Below, piece by piece: positions 1 through 11,909 of a stretch of 64,000 nt of DNA. Under the pieces are notes generated by a model. It had not been told where the DNA came from, searched no databases, and worked only from the letters and a program-made list of their open reading frames with translations. The DNA is taken from contig OZ024752.1 of the NCBI GenBank assembly GCA_964016885.1, positions 26,784,001-26,848,000 of the forward strand, read 5' to 3'. A program made the position numbers and the translations under genes. The stretch comes from Eledone cirrhosa. Lineage: Eukaryota. Numbering within the stretch: the first letter of the stretch is position 1; the number at the start of each line of letters is the position of its first letter.

Positions 1-78
1 CGAAAACAGCATGACGTGCTGTGACCAGCGGCGCCGAATGGACGTCCGACAGACTGGTCGGTCAAGGTCATCAAGGTG

Positions 79-104
79 ATATACATATATATATACATAT
101 ATAT

Positions 105-196
<92 letters not shown>

Positions 197-426
197 ATAT
201 ATATACATATATATATATACATATATGTATATATATATACATATGTATGTATATATATATATATATGTATATATATCTATGTATGTATATATATATATGT
301 ATATATATATACATATATGTATATATATATATGTATATACATATATGTATATATAAATACATATATATATATACATATATGTATATATATATACATATAT
401 ATAAATACATACATAGATATATTTAC

Positions 427-457
<31 letters not shown>

Positions 458-828
458 CATACATAGATATATATACATATATATATATTTATACATGGAT
501 ATATATATATATACATATATATATATACATATATACATGTATATATATGTATCTATATGTATATATATATGTATTTATATATATATATATATGTGTGTGT
601 GTATATATATGTATATATATATATACATATATATATATATACATATATATATACATATATATATATACATATATATATATATACATATATATATATACAT
701 ATATATATATACATATATATATATACATATACATATATATATATACATATATATATACATATATATATATACATATATATACATATATATATATACATAC
801 ATATATATATACATATAAATATATATAT

Positions 829-883
<55 letters not shown>

Positions 884-890
884 GTATATA
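79..890. repeat. (TA)n/(TACA) degenerate microsatellite
   Basis: Direct inspection. Confidence 0.98.
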
Positions 891-959
891 AATTACCCTA
901 ATGCTATCCCTAACAACCATGCATCTACACACCATATTAACCGGCAAGCAAACAGCCAG

Positions 960-1370
960 GATAACTGTAACTGTAGAACCAATAGACTTTGCCCCGTAGG
1001 TACAAATTGCTTAATCAAAGACATCATTTACTCATACACGGTCAATACAAACAACTCTTCAAAAACATGTATCAGTTCTAATTCGAACTGCTTCAAGACG
1101 AGATATAACTCGCACCTCCACACTTTCAAAACTCGCCATCTAGTCAACACCACATACACTATCTGAAAACTAAAAATAGACCATACACACTTCAATGAGA
1201 AGTAATAGATAAGACCGTATCGTATAAACCACCGAATAAATTATGTAACCTCTGTCTTCTAGAGACCCGCACTATAATTTATTCTAAACTAAACCTCTTA
1301 AATAGAAAATCAGAAATTTCTTCCATGTGCCAACATCACTACCGACACTCTTTACACAAGTTTAAACCTA
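960..1370 (+). mobile_element. Penelope-like element, degraded GIY-YIG endonuclease region
   Basis: Translates as NCNCRTNRLCPVGTNCLIKDIIY...FKTRYNSH...KLCNLCLLE...LLNRKSEISSMCQH, with a stop and an apparent deletion. Confidence 0.8.
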
Positions 1371-2694
1371 GCTGCTAGTATATAACAATATCATATCTGG
1401 ATTCCTCACCACCATTATCACTTCACCTCGAGGTTTTATCAGCATATAATTACCCCCATAGCATCACACTCTATGATCAGCTCCTTCCTCTACTTACCTC
1501 CTATTTATCTCAAATCTTATACTCTACAATAACTATTAAGAATAAACATAAAGTTACCACCATTTAATATAACTACTATAGTTTACTTGTATTTTATGCA
1601 GTAATGAGTAGATAGTAATATTATAAGACCTTTAATGTATTATAGGAAAATAGATTGTATATAAAATTAAATATATAAATAAATAGCATTATATAAAAGG
1701 GATTCACTTATGACATAATATATTAGCACAAGGAATTTAATTAAGTGGGGCTGTAAACAACTATACAATTTTTCTATTATATACAAATTAATCGCTAATT
1801 ACATCCCATTTCACATTAGCTCCCCTTAATATAGATCTCTAATTTACTTCCTGAAATTAAACCGTTAGACAGATCACTCTAGAACAACTCGAACCATGGA
1901 TAAGATTGTAATAGGACCAATATACATAGTTGTAACTACTTATAAACATTCACTAAAATATAACCAATGTAATGGAAAAGAAAACAATAATATTAATACT
2001 CTCAACACATGCACATTTGAATATTACAGGAACAATTATCACACTACATCCACCATAAACTTCATAGAAACACAAACACAAACATCTCTGTCTGCTTAAT
2101 ATACTTTTAAACCTGTATTGTATTATGTGATACCTTTGCCACACTGTAATATATATGCCTAGTACCATTGCTTGTTACCTACCTAGCTATTCTGTACATG
2201 CCTAACACATTTGCACTCTCTATACGCTTGCATATATACTGTTAATGTCCTCGTTTTGCGAGTAACTTTCTGCCTTAATTCATCTATAATTGTTATATTA
2301 TTCTTTTGTAATCTTTGTCGCATCTACTGATACTGACCTCAACATCTCCACTCTGTAAATATGACACTGTTGATGACAACACTAATATCGATGTATCTTT
2401 ATGTTTCTTCTGTAGAATAGGAAGTTAATTATATGTCTAAACTTTGCTAGCACTCCAACAATCCTTTCTTCCAAACGAAAGTTTGGAAGAAAGGATTGTT
2501 AGCAATAAAATGTTTTGAACATAGTTTTGATTATTCTGTAATTTATATTCCAGATCTGTAAAACATCTGATGTATTTACATCGAGCTTTTTTTTTTACTG
2601 GTAATAAGGTAGTAATGAATTACTGACATTTCCTGTTTATAATTATATATAGTGTATATATAAGTATAAATAATATTATTATAATTATTATACA

Positions 2695-3755
<1,061 letters not shown>

Positions 3756-6700
3756 TCATTATCTATAAAAGGCAGATTGTTGTTGTGTGTGTGCATGTTC
3801 CATGTTTATACATTTGCACAATTTCAAACCGATTCGACTCAACGTCTGTAAGAATGTTGTAAATTGTCTATCTTAGGTCAACGACTCTTTATTTATTTTA
3901 ATATCACCCACAATTACGGAAATAATCGATAAAACTAAATACATGGCGCTTTACCCCTCTAATACAATCTGAACCCTCTCTCTACTCCCCTTAAAAATCA
4001 AAAAAAAAGTTACACGCTGCAACCTTCTCTTATATACGGTTAAAACCCACTCCTTACTAATTTCCTTTAGAGAGAGAGAAAAAATAAAGGAGTGAGCCAG
4101 AGAGTGAGAGACAGAGACAAACGTTAAATGCATGACGCTTACATTTTATACCAAACTACAATTATTCAAAAGCCACAGATAAATTTATTCAACAACTAGA
4201 AAAATAGCGACAAATCTTTTTTTAAAACATCCATAATCCAACTCACACACAATTACATTTTGTGTATAACATATTTACACGTTTATTGAGTGTAAAAAAA
4301 AACACACGGATTTTTGGCCAAACAACTTCAAATTGCTGACAGAAGCGCGCTTTCAACAAACTGTGAGCTATTTATTTGCCGTTCGTTCTCCCATTTTTTC
4401 CCCTGCGGAACGCCGACAGTTTTCAGCCTTATACTTTCAAAGGCAATTTTGCTGTAGAAGTAACTTTCACCCTTTCTTTTTCACACAAAATGCCACCTAA
4501 AAAGAAAAGTCGCCTCGGTCGCCATACCGCGTCAGCGGCGGCTCAGAGGGCGATTACAGTAAACGAGTTTCCCGAAGAAACTGCTTTAAGACTTTCACAG
4601 AGCGCCTTACGTTCAGCGGAATGCAGAGCTGCTGAAAGTTTTCAACAACTCACCGCACGCCTAGCCAAGATGGCTTCATACGACGCCTCGAGATGTGCTG
4701 CGATGTGCTATTCAGAGCGGGCGATACCTCATTCCAAAAAACCGCTTCTACTGCTGCTTCCATGGCTTCAGAGGGCGCGGAACAAAGGTCGACTCGGCTG
4801 GCTAGAAACGCTGCTGCTACTGTGCTTCCAGGGCTTCAGAGGGCCCGCAAAAATGGTCGACTCGCCTGAATAGAAACGCTGCTGCTACTGCTGCTTCCAG
4901 GGCTTCAGAAGGCCCGGAACAAAGGGCGGCTCAACTGACTAGAAACGCTCCGGCTACTGCTGCTTCCAGGGCTTCGGAAGGTTTGGAACGGTTTGGAACT
5001 TGCTAGGAACGCTGCGGCTATGACTGCTTCCATGGCTTCTGAAGATGCAGACGGGCGCTCCATTAGGATTGCAAGGGTGGTTTCTGCTACTGCTGCGAGA
5101 GCTTCCCACGACCCACAGGAGCAACATTCTACGTTGGAGCGGAACAGTCGATGACGAGAAGCTGCTCGCGGTGTGACGAGCCCCAACAGCCTATACTGGA
5201 ACCTACGGGCTTTCAAGTATGAGCCCAACGTTAACTACTCGATGCGTGCCGACATAAATATAGGGGAAATGCGCTTCAATTGCAAATTCTGCAATGCTAA
5301 AAAGTGGGCTGGGGAGCCACCTGCAATGTGCTGCTTAAACGGTAAGGTCAGCTTGCCCCCTCTTGGGGAACCGCCAGAGCCTTTGAAGGAACTACTTACT
5401 AGTTCTACCTCAAGGTCATCCAAAATCCTTCAACTCATCAGGAAGTTCAATTGTGCGTTTCAAATGACTTCTTTCGGAGCCAACGTTGTCAGAGAAAGTG
5501 GTTGGATGCCTACTTTCAAGGTCCAGGGGCAGGTGTACCATCTTATTGGATCGCTCCAGCCACTACAAAATTGCAAGCCTTCGTTCCTTCAAATTTCTTC
5601 GTTCTTTCATTTCTAACTACAGTAGGCAAGTTGATGCGCGGTTCGGCGTTATTCCAACACCTGCAAACATTGACGCTGACACTTTTGAAAGCAACGTGCT
5701 GCTCGGTCTTCAAAACATGCTTCATGAGCACAACAGTTATATTCGCAGTTTCAAATACGCATTGGAAACAAACCCTTCACCAAACTTCACCATTGTCATC
5801 GATGCTGACAAAAGACCTTCTGGGGGAGCACGCACGCCGTTATAAGGCTCCTTCGTGCAATGAAGAGGCCGTAGTTATCCATGGTGAACAGCACAATAAG
5901 CGAGACGTAGTTCTTCAAAGCCGTGACAGTGGTCTTCGACGTATTAATGAGACACATCGTTCATACGACGTCCTGCAGTAACCCCTTCTTTTTGCATACG
6001 GAGAAGACGGGTACCATTTCGGCATTCCTCAGCGCAAACCAAACGAGCCCACTGCTGCGACATCTAAAACTGTTTAATGTATGGCTTTATACTCATACCG
6101 CTTCATGACGAGGTCTAACGATTTCAGCACCCTGCACAGGTCACGGGAACTGTTTCACCAGTTTGCAGTTGACATGGTTGCAAAGGTGGAGTCGGAGAGA
6201 CTGTGCTTCATAAAATTGAATCAGAAGAAGCAGCTCAGACTCCTACATCCATTTGCGTGGCGGCATCAGGAATGACACTGACCCCCGGAACATCGGCAAA
6301 ATGTCCATTCTCCCCTCAACCTATACGGAGGGGGGTGCATGCACGAGTGAACACAGGACGCTATGACGTTCGTTCGGCATTATGGGCGCCCCGATTTATT
6401 CATCACGTTTACGTGTAACCCCAAGTGGGTTGAGATTACGCGGGAACTTATCCCAGGGCAGCAGTACTGCCATCGGCATGATATTATTACCAGAGTTTTC
6501 AGGAAGAAGCTGGCTAAGCTAATTGATCTAATCAAAAAGGGAAGGTTTTCGGGCCTGTTAGGTGCCACATGTATACTGTTGAGTGGCAGAAGAGAGGGTT
6601 GCCACACGCGCACATTTTGGTTTGGTTGGTCACCAAAATAGACCCTACAGTTCTAGATGACGTCATCGCAGTGGAAATACCGGACCCCGTTGTTGACCGG

Positions 6701-9681
6701 CAGCTGTACGACATTGTGAAGGCACACATGGTGCACGGTCCGTGCGGTCCTAGTTTTCAAGAGTTCTCCTCATGCCACAAGGACCATGTGTTCACTAAAC
6801 GATACCCAAAGATGTTTGTTGAGGAGTCCCAAACCGGCGGCGACGGATACCCACTGTACAGACGAAGGCGGCCTAAGAACGGTGGATTCACTATGACGTT
6901 ACGGGGTCATCAAGTTGATAATAGGTGGGTGGTCCCGTACTGTCCATTTCTGATGAAAACTTTCAACGCTCATATAAATGTGAAGTTCTGTCATTCAGTG
7001 AAGTCGATAAAGTACATATGTAAATATGTTAACAAGGGTTCCGACGCTGCCATGTTCGGCCTTCAAAACTACAATAGCAGGGACGAGGTCTCGGAGTACT
7101 TGGAAGGTCGATATATCAGCAGTGGTGAAGCTTTTTTGCGGATATTCGGGATCCCACTTCACCAAAGGCACTCCGCCATCATACAACTAGAGGTTCATTT
7201 GGAAAACGGCCAGCGGACTTACTTTACTGAACAAACTGCTGCTCATTTGGCGGCCAATCCAAAAGAAACAATTTTGACTGTTTTTTTTACGCTTTGCCAA
7301 CTTGACACATTTGCAAAAACACTTTCCTATCTCAGGTCCCGTCCTACTACGTGTGGTCAAACAACACTTGGGTGCGTAGGAAGTCAGGTCAGGATGTTGA
7401 AGGACATCCTGGTGTCAAGTTTGACAGTTGTCTAGGAAGAGTGTACACTGTACCTCCTAATCAGCATGAGTCTTTTACCTGCGCCTTCTCCTCCATGAGG
7501 TTTTTGGCCCACAAAGCTTTCGAGACATAAGAACTGTTGACGGTGAATTATGTGATACTTTCCGGGAAGTCTGCTTTAGGCGTGGCCTTGTGGAGGATGA
7601 TTCACAATGGGGCGCCACTATGGCAGAGGGCGTTTTGTTGAAATCTCCTAAAAGATTAAGATCGCTTTTCGCTATTCTACTCCTATGGTGCGACTTGGGT
7701 GATCCGGCCTCTTTATCGCTTAGCTACAAAGATTACATGTCTGAAGATTTCCTGCGTCACGCTCAGTTGCTAAACCCATCGATGGAGGTCGGGTACAGGG
7801 ATCTCATTTAGAACAGGACGCTGCTTGAAATCGAAGATACTGTTCTCGATATGGGCGGTAGTGCGTTGGCGGTGTTTGGCCTACCTTCAACAAACCGGGA
7901 AGGCGCAAACACTCTGTCTTCGGATTTGCTGCGTGAGACATCTTATAATGTTGACGAGCTTGCCCAGTACATAGCGGAGAATGAGCCAAAGCTCCTTACA
8001 GAACAGAAATTCGCTTACAACTCCGTTGTTAATTCTGTCCGGGGCAAAGCTGGGGTTATTTCTTTCCTGGACGCTCCTGGGGGGACTGGGAAAACTTTTG
8101 TCCCCAAATTAATATTAGCTGAGATTAGGCGAACAGAAGGCATTGCCTTAGCTGTAGCATCATCTGGAATTTCGGCTACTTTGTTGCCGGGCGGCAGGAC
8201 AGCTCACTCCTATTTCAAGCTCCCGCTTGACTTAGCGAAGACTTAGACACCCACTTGCAACATCAGTAAGAGCTCCGATCAGGCAGAAGTGTTCAGACGA
8301 TGCAAGCTTATCGTTTGGGACGAATGCACGATGGTCCACAGAGGTGCTCTTGAGGCGCTAGATAGAACTCTGAGAGACATCAAAGACTCTACGGCACCCA
8401 TGGGAGGCATAACACTTCTTCTTTCAGGGGACTTCACGCAAACACTTCCTGTTATTCCCAAGGGGACTAGAGCTGATGCAGTACGTGTGTGTCTTAAGTC
8501 ATCCGCATTGTGGCTTCTGGTGAAGACTCTGAAACTTCACACTAACATGCGTGCTCATATGCGAGGTGATATCGCACCAGCAGCATTTTCTCACACCCTC
8601 CTTGCACTTGGCGAAGGCAAAACGCCCGGGGAGGAAAAGGGTAATATTGCCATCGACTCACTTTGTACCGTTGTTAGTACGCCTTCTGATCTCAGGGCTG
8701 CAGTGTTCCCAGATCTCCAAGTAAATTATCAGAATATGAATTGGCTTTCCCAAAGGGCTATTCAAATGCTAAAACTCATTCCTGGGGAAGGCTACGTATA
8801 TAAGTCTATCAATAGAGGACGTCATCAACTATCCAATAGAGGTACTAAATTCCTTTGGGCCCCCCGGATTACCCCCACATATTTTGAAACTTAAAGTTGG
8901 TGCCCCTGGGGCAAGGTTGTGCTCATACCGAGGATGCATCTTTTCCCATCAGGAGCAGACCTACCTTTCACATTTCGGAGGTCCCAGTTCCCGGCCAGGC
9001 CCTGCTTCGCAATGTCAATTAACAAAGCGCAGGGGCAAACACTGTCTGTCGCGGGAATACATTTGGGGGAGCCGTGTTTCTCTCATGGTCAGCTTTACGT
9101 TGGCTGCTCGCGTGCCAGCAGCAAGAGTGATGATTTCGCGTTCGTTCCGCAAGGAAAAACAAAAAAAATGACGAGATTTATATTTTTAGGCGGTTCCCTG
9201 CAATTACTTCACACTTCACCAACACCTGACCTCCGCTCAGCTCTAGTTCCCTCCTCCGTCGGCACAGCAGCAGGCTCATGTTCTACGTCCGACGTACATG
9301 ATGTACCAACCATACAATGACCCCTCTTCCTCTTTTTGGTTGTCATAATTCGACAATGTTTTCAGGCCCTATTTGCGGTTCCCTCATTTCACCCCCTCCC
9401 CCGTTAAAACATGTCATGCAGAACAACTCCATCGCAGCTCTGTTGTTCGGCTGGCACCCTCTACGCGCGTGTTGCGCAAGTACTGTGAAAAAATAAATTT
9501 CAACACTTCTTTGCACAGAGATAATATCAATAGGCGAAACTACAATTGTCACTGCTGGCGCAGCTCCTGCTTCGGCAGTCCAGGTCTGCATTACATTCAA
9601 ACAGTGCCTGGCAGACAAAAACGTGGTGCAACCTAACTTTGGTAACTTACTGACCCCGAACAACGCCGGGCTTTAATGCTA

Positions 9682-9682
<1 letters not shown>
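3756..9682 (+). mobile_element. Helitron, full length, Rep/Helicase ORF disrupted by stops and frameshifts
   Basis: 5' TC at 3756 or 3762 after an A; 3' CCCG-aacaacgc-CGGG hairpin then CTAG (9679-9682) followed by T; Rep motifs PDLFITFTCNPKW, VEWQKRGLPHAHIL, YICKYVNKG; PIF1-type helicase motifs DAPGGTGKT, IVWDE, SGDFTQTLPV, FAMSINKAQGQT. Confidence 0.95.
4730..5045 (+). repeat. ~66-70 bp imperfect tandem repeats in the 5' coding part of the Helitron
   Basis: Recurring tagaaacgctgctgctactgctgcttccagggcttc unit. Confidence 0.8.
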
Positions 9683-9719
<37 letters not shown>

Positions 9720-9788
9720 ATAATAATAAAATTGAAGACTAAAATCCAAAGCAGCGATTCTTTGCTTAAACTTTAATCTGTTATTTTA

Positions 9789-9850
<62 letters not shown>

Positions 9851-10192
9851 CGAAGGAAATGTGATAAGGAACCAGGTGGACCATAACGCACCAAAGTACT
9901 CAATACTTAGGGTAGTAGAGTGGGTAATAGGAACGAGTAGGACCCCGACGGCTGACCTCAAGCCGTCGGGGTCGAACTCGTTCCTATATATATATATTTA
10001 TTTATATATACATATATATATATATATAAATTAGAATTGGTGCTCTGAAATAGCGATATATATATATGAATGTATATATAGTGTATTTTGCAATACACTG
10101 TATGCTTAATTAAAAGCATTTTGAAGATCATACGCTATTGTTTTAAAGTAGTGACAATGTCACTTACTTAAATTTTTAGCAAACAGGGGAGA

Positions 10193-10241
10193 TAAGCTGA
10201 CAGAGCTCTGTTTCGTACTTGTTGCTACTTATCAAAGCTCA
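10193..10241 (-). ncRNA. Minimal type I hammerhead ribozyme, U3-A8 core variant
   Basis: Minus strand tgagct-TTGATAA-gtagcaacaagtac-GAAA-cagagctctg-TC-agctta; stem III is palindromic. Confidence 0.8.
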
Positions 10242-10509
10242 CTACTCTCCCTGTTGCTGAAAATTATGTGTGTTGGATTCTTATAGAATTCCAGTAATAA
10301 TCAGGAACTGATTATACAGAGCGGTCGCCGGTCCAGCAGAAATTGTATATTAGAATTGGTGCTCTGAAATAGCGATATATATATGAATGTATATATAGTG
10401 TATTTTGCAATACACTGTATGCTTAATTAAAAGCATTTTGAAGATCATACGCTATTGTTTTAAAGTAGTGATAATGTCACTTACTTGAATTTTCAGCAAA
10501 CAGGCGAGA

Positions 10510-10558
10510 TAAGCTGACAGAGCTCTGTTTCGTACTTGTTGGTACTTATCAAAGCTCA
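10510..10558 (-). ncRNA. Minimal type I hammerhead ribozyme, U3-A8 core variant
   Basis: As the previous copy, with a perfect gtac/gtac stem II. Confidence 0.85.
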
Positions 10559-10707
10559 CTACTCTCCTTGTTTGCTGAAAATTATGTGTGTTGGATTCTT
10601 ATAGAATTCCAGTAATAATCAGGAACTGATTATACAGAGCGGTCGCTGGTACAGCAGAAATTGAAAACTAGAATTGGTGTTCTGAAATAGTCCTGTTAAT
10701 GAAAATA

Positions 10708-10990
10708 ATTGTTTTTACTTTTGGCACATGGCCAGCAAATTACCAGTGTATTACTGGTACTTTATTTTATCGACCTCATAAGGATGAAAGTCAAAGTTAA
10801 TGAAAATAATTGTTTTTTACTTTAGGCACAAGGCCAGCAATTACCCAGTGCATTACTGGTACTTTATTTTATCGACCCCGTAAGGATGAAAGTCAAAGTC
10901 AACCTCGGCGGGATTTGAACTCAGATCGTAAAGGGACGTAACTATGCTGGAAAGCATGGCGTCCGACCCTCTACCGATACTGCAAATCCA
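10708..10990 (-). mobile_element. Truncated plus near-full tRNA-derived SINE in tandem
   Basis: B box gagttcaaatcc on the minus strand; aatgaaaataat present three times around the two copies. Confidence 0.85.
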
Positions 10991-11491
10991 ATGAAAATAA
11001 TGAACAGGAGACGGCTACTTTTAATATGTCCTGCTGGAAGGAGTGTTTGAGGACTGCCTTCACGGCCGTCTCAGGAATAAATGGGTGAAGAAGAAGATTC
11101 ACACACACACACAGGCATATATATATATATATATGCAGGATATCCGTAGATAAAACGCCAAGGAAAACATTGCTCAATCTATGGCAAGAGACCTTATTTA
11201 GTATAATTAAAATTTGCTACACTTAACATTTATGAAATTCGTACCATATATTTTAACATTGCGTATGTGTTACTTTACTATTTAATATTATGTACTAGTG
11301 GTACTAAATATTGAAATAGTATGCATATAATACCAATATATTTTGTTATATCTTACACCAAATATTCTAATATTGGATATACGACAACAAATATTTTAAC
11401 ATTCATTAAATACCACAATGTATTTTAATATTGGATAGATGATATTGTTCATAATGGTAAATAACTTACAGAATATTTACAGATGGGATAA

Positions 11492-11686
11492 CAGACCTGT
11501 CAACTCTCCCCGTCCAACTAGGAGATCTCCCACCCATTTGGGGGTGGGTGAGAGATTTCTTCTCTAGTGAAAATGAGTATAGCATTCATTATGAAAAATC
11601 TCCCCATTTTGCCCCATTTCTCCCCACTTTGCGGCACATTTTTTCATGGTACTCCCTGTTTGGGTTTTTAGAGATAGGCAGGTCTG
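11492..11686. mobile_element. MITE with CAGACCTG...CAGGTCTG termini and 6-bp TSD GGATAA
   Basis: Imperfect ~16 bp TIR; GGATAA at 11486-11491 and 11687-11692. Confidence 0.75.
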
Positions 11687-11804
11687 GGATAAGATTATAT
11701 TGTGTATGAATCTTTTGCAAAATATCAAACACTCTATAAAGCTGTGAAAGAACAATGCATTAAATTATATTTTGATAAATGAAGAAGAGATTTGAATCGC
11801 TTAC

Positions 11805-11909
11805 TTGCTAATTTATCCGTCAAAAGCTTGATTTTAGTTTGCTTTCTGCAATGATTATAATGTGTGAAGCACAAGCTAGACTGACAGCTTACTGGTTTTA
11901 TTATAATGG
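11805..11909 (-). CDS. 105-nt exon, probable start of ITIH C-terminal domain (AIIIKPVSCQSSLCFTHYNHCRKQTKIKLLTDKLA)
   Basis: Strong ttcttttttcttttag acceptor, gtaagc donor, phase 1/1; resembles the PHFII...(L/I)CF...IL.LV.D pattern that follows the vertebrate ITIH cleavage site. Confidence 0.75.

Larger units (their letters stand above)
10031..10690 (-). mobile_element. Two-and-a-bit tandem copies (~318 bp) of a Penelope pseudo-LTR / retrozyme-like unit
   Basis: tagaattggtgctctgaaatag recurs near 10031, 10349 and 10669; each full unit contains a hammerhead motif; homologous to 42656-43262. Confidence 0.8.
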
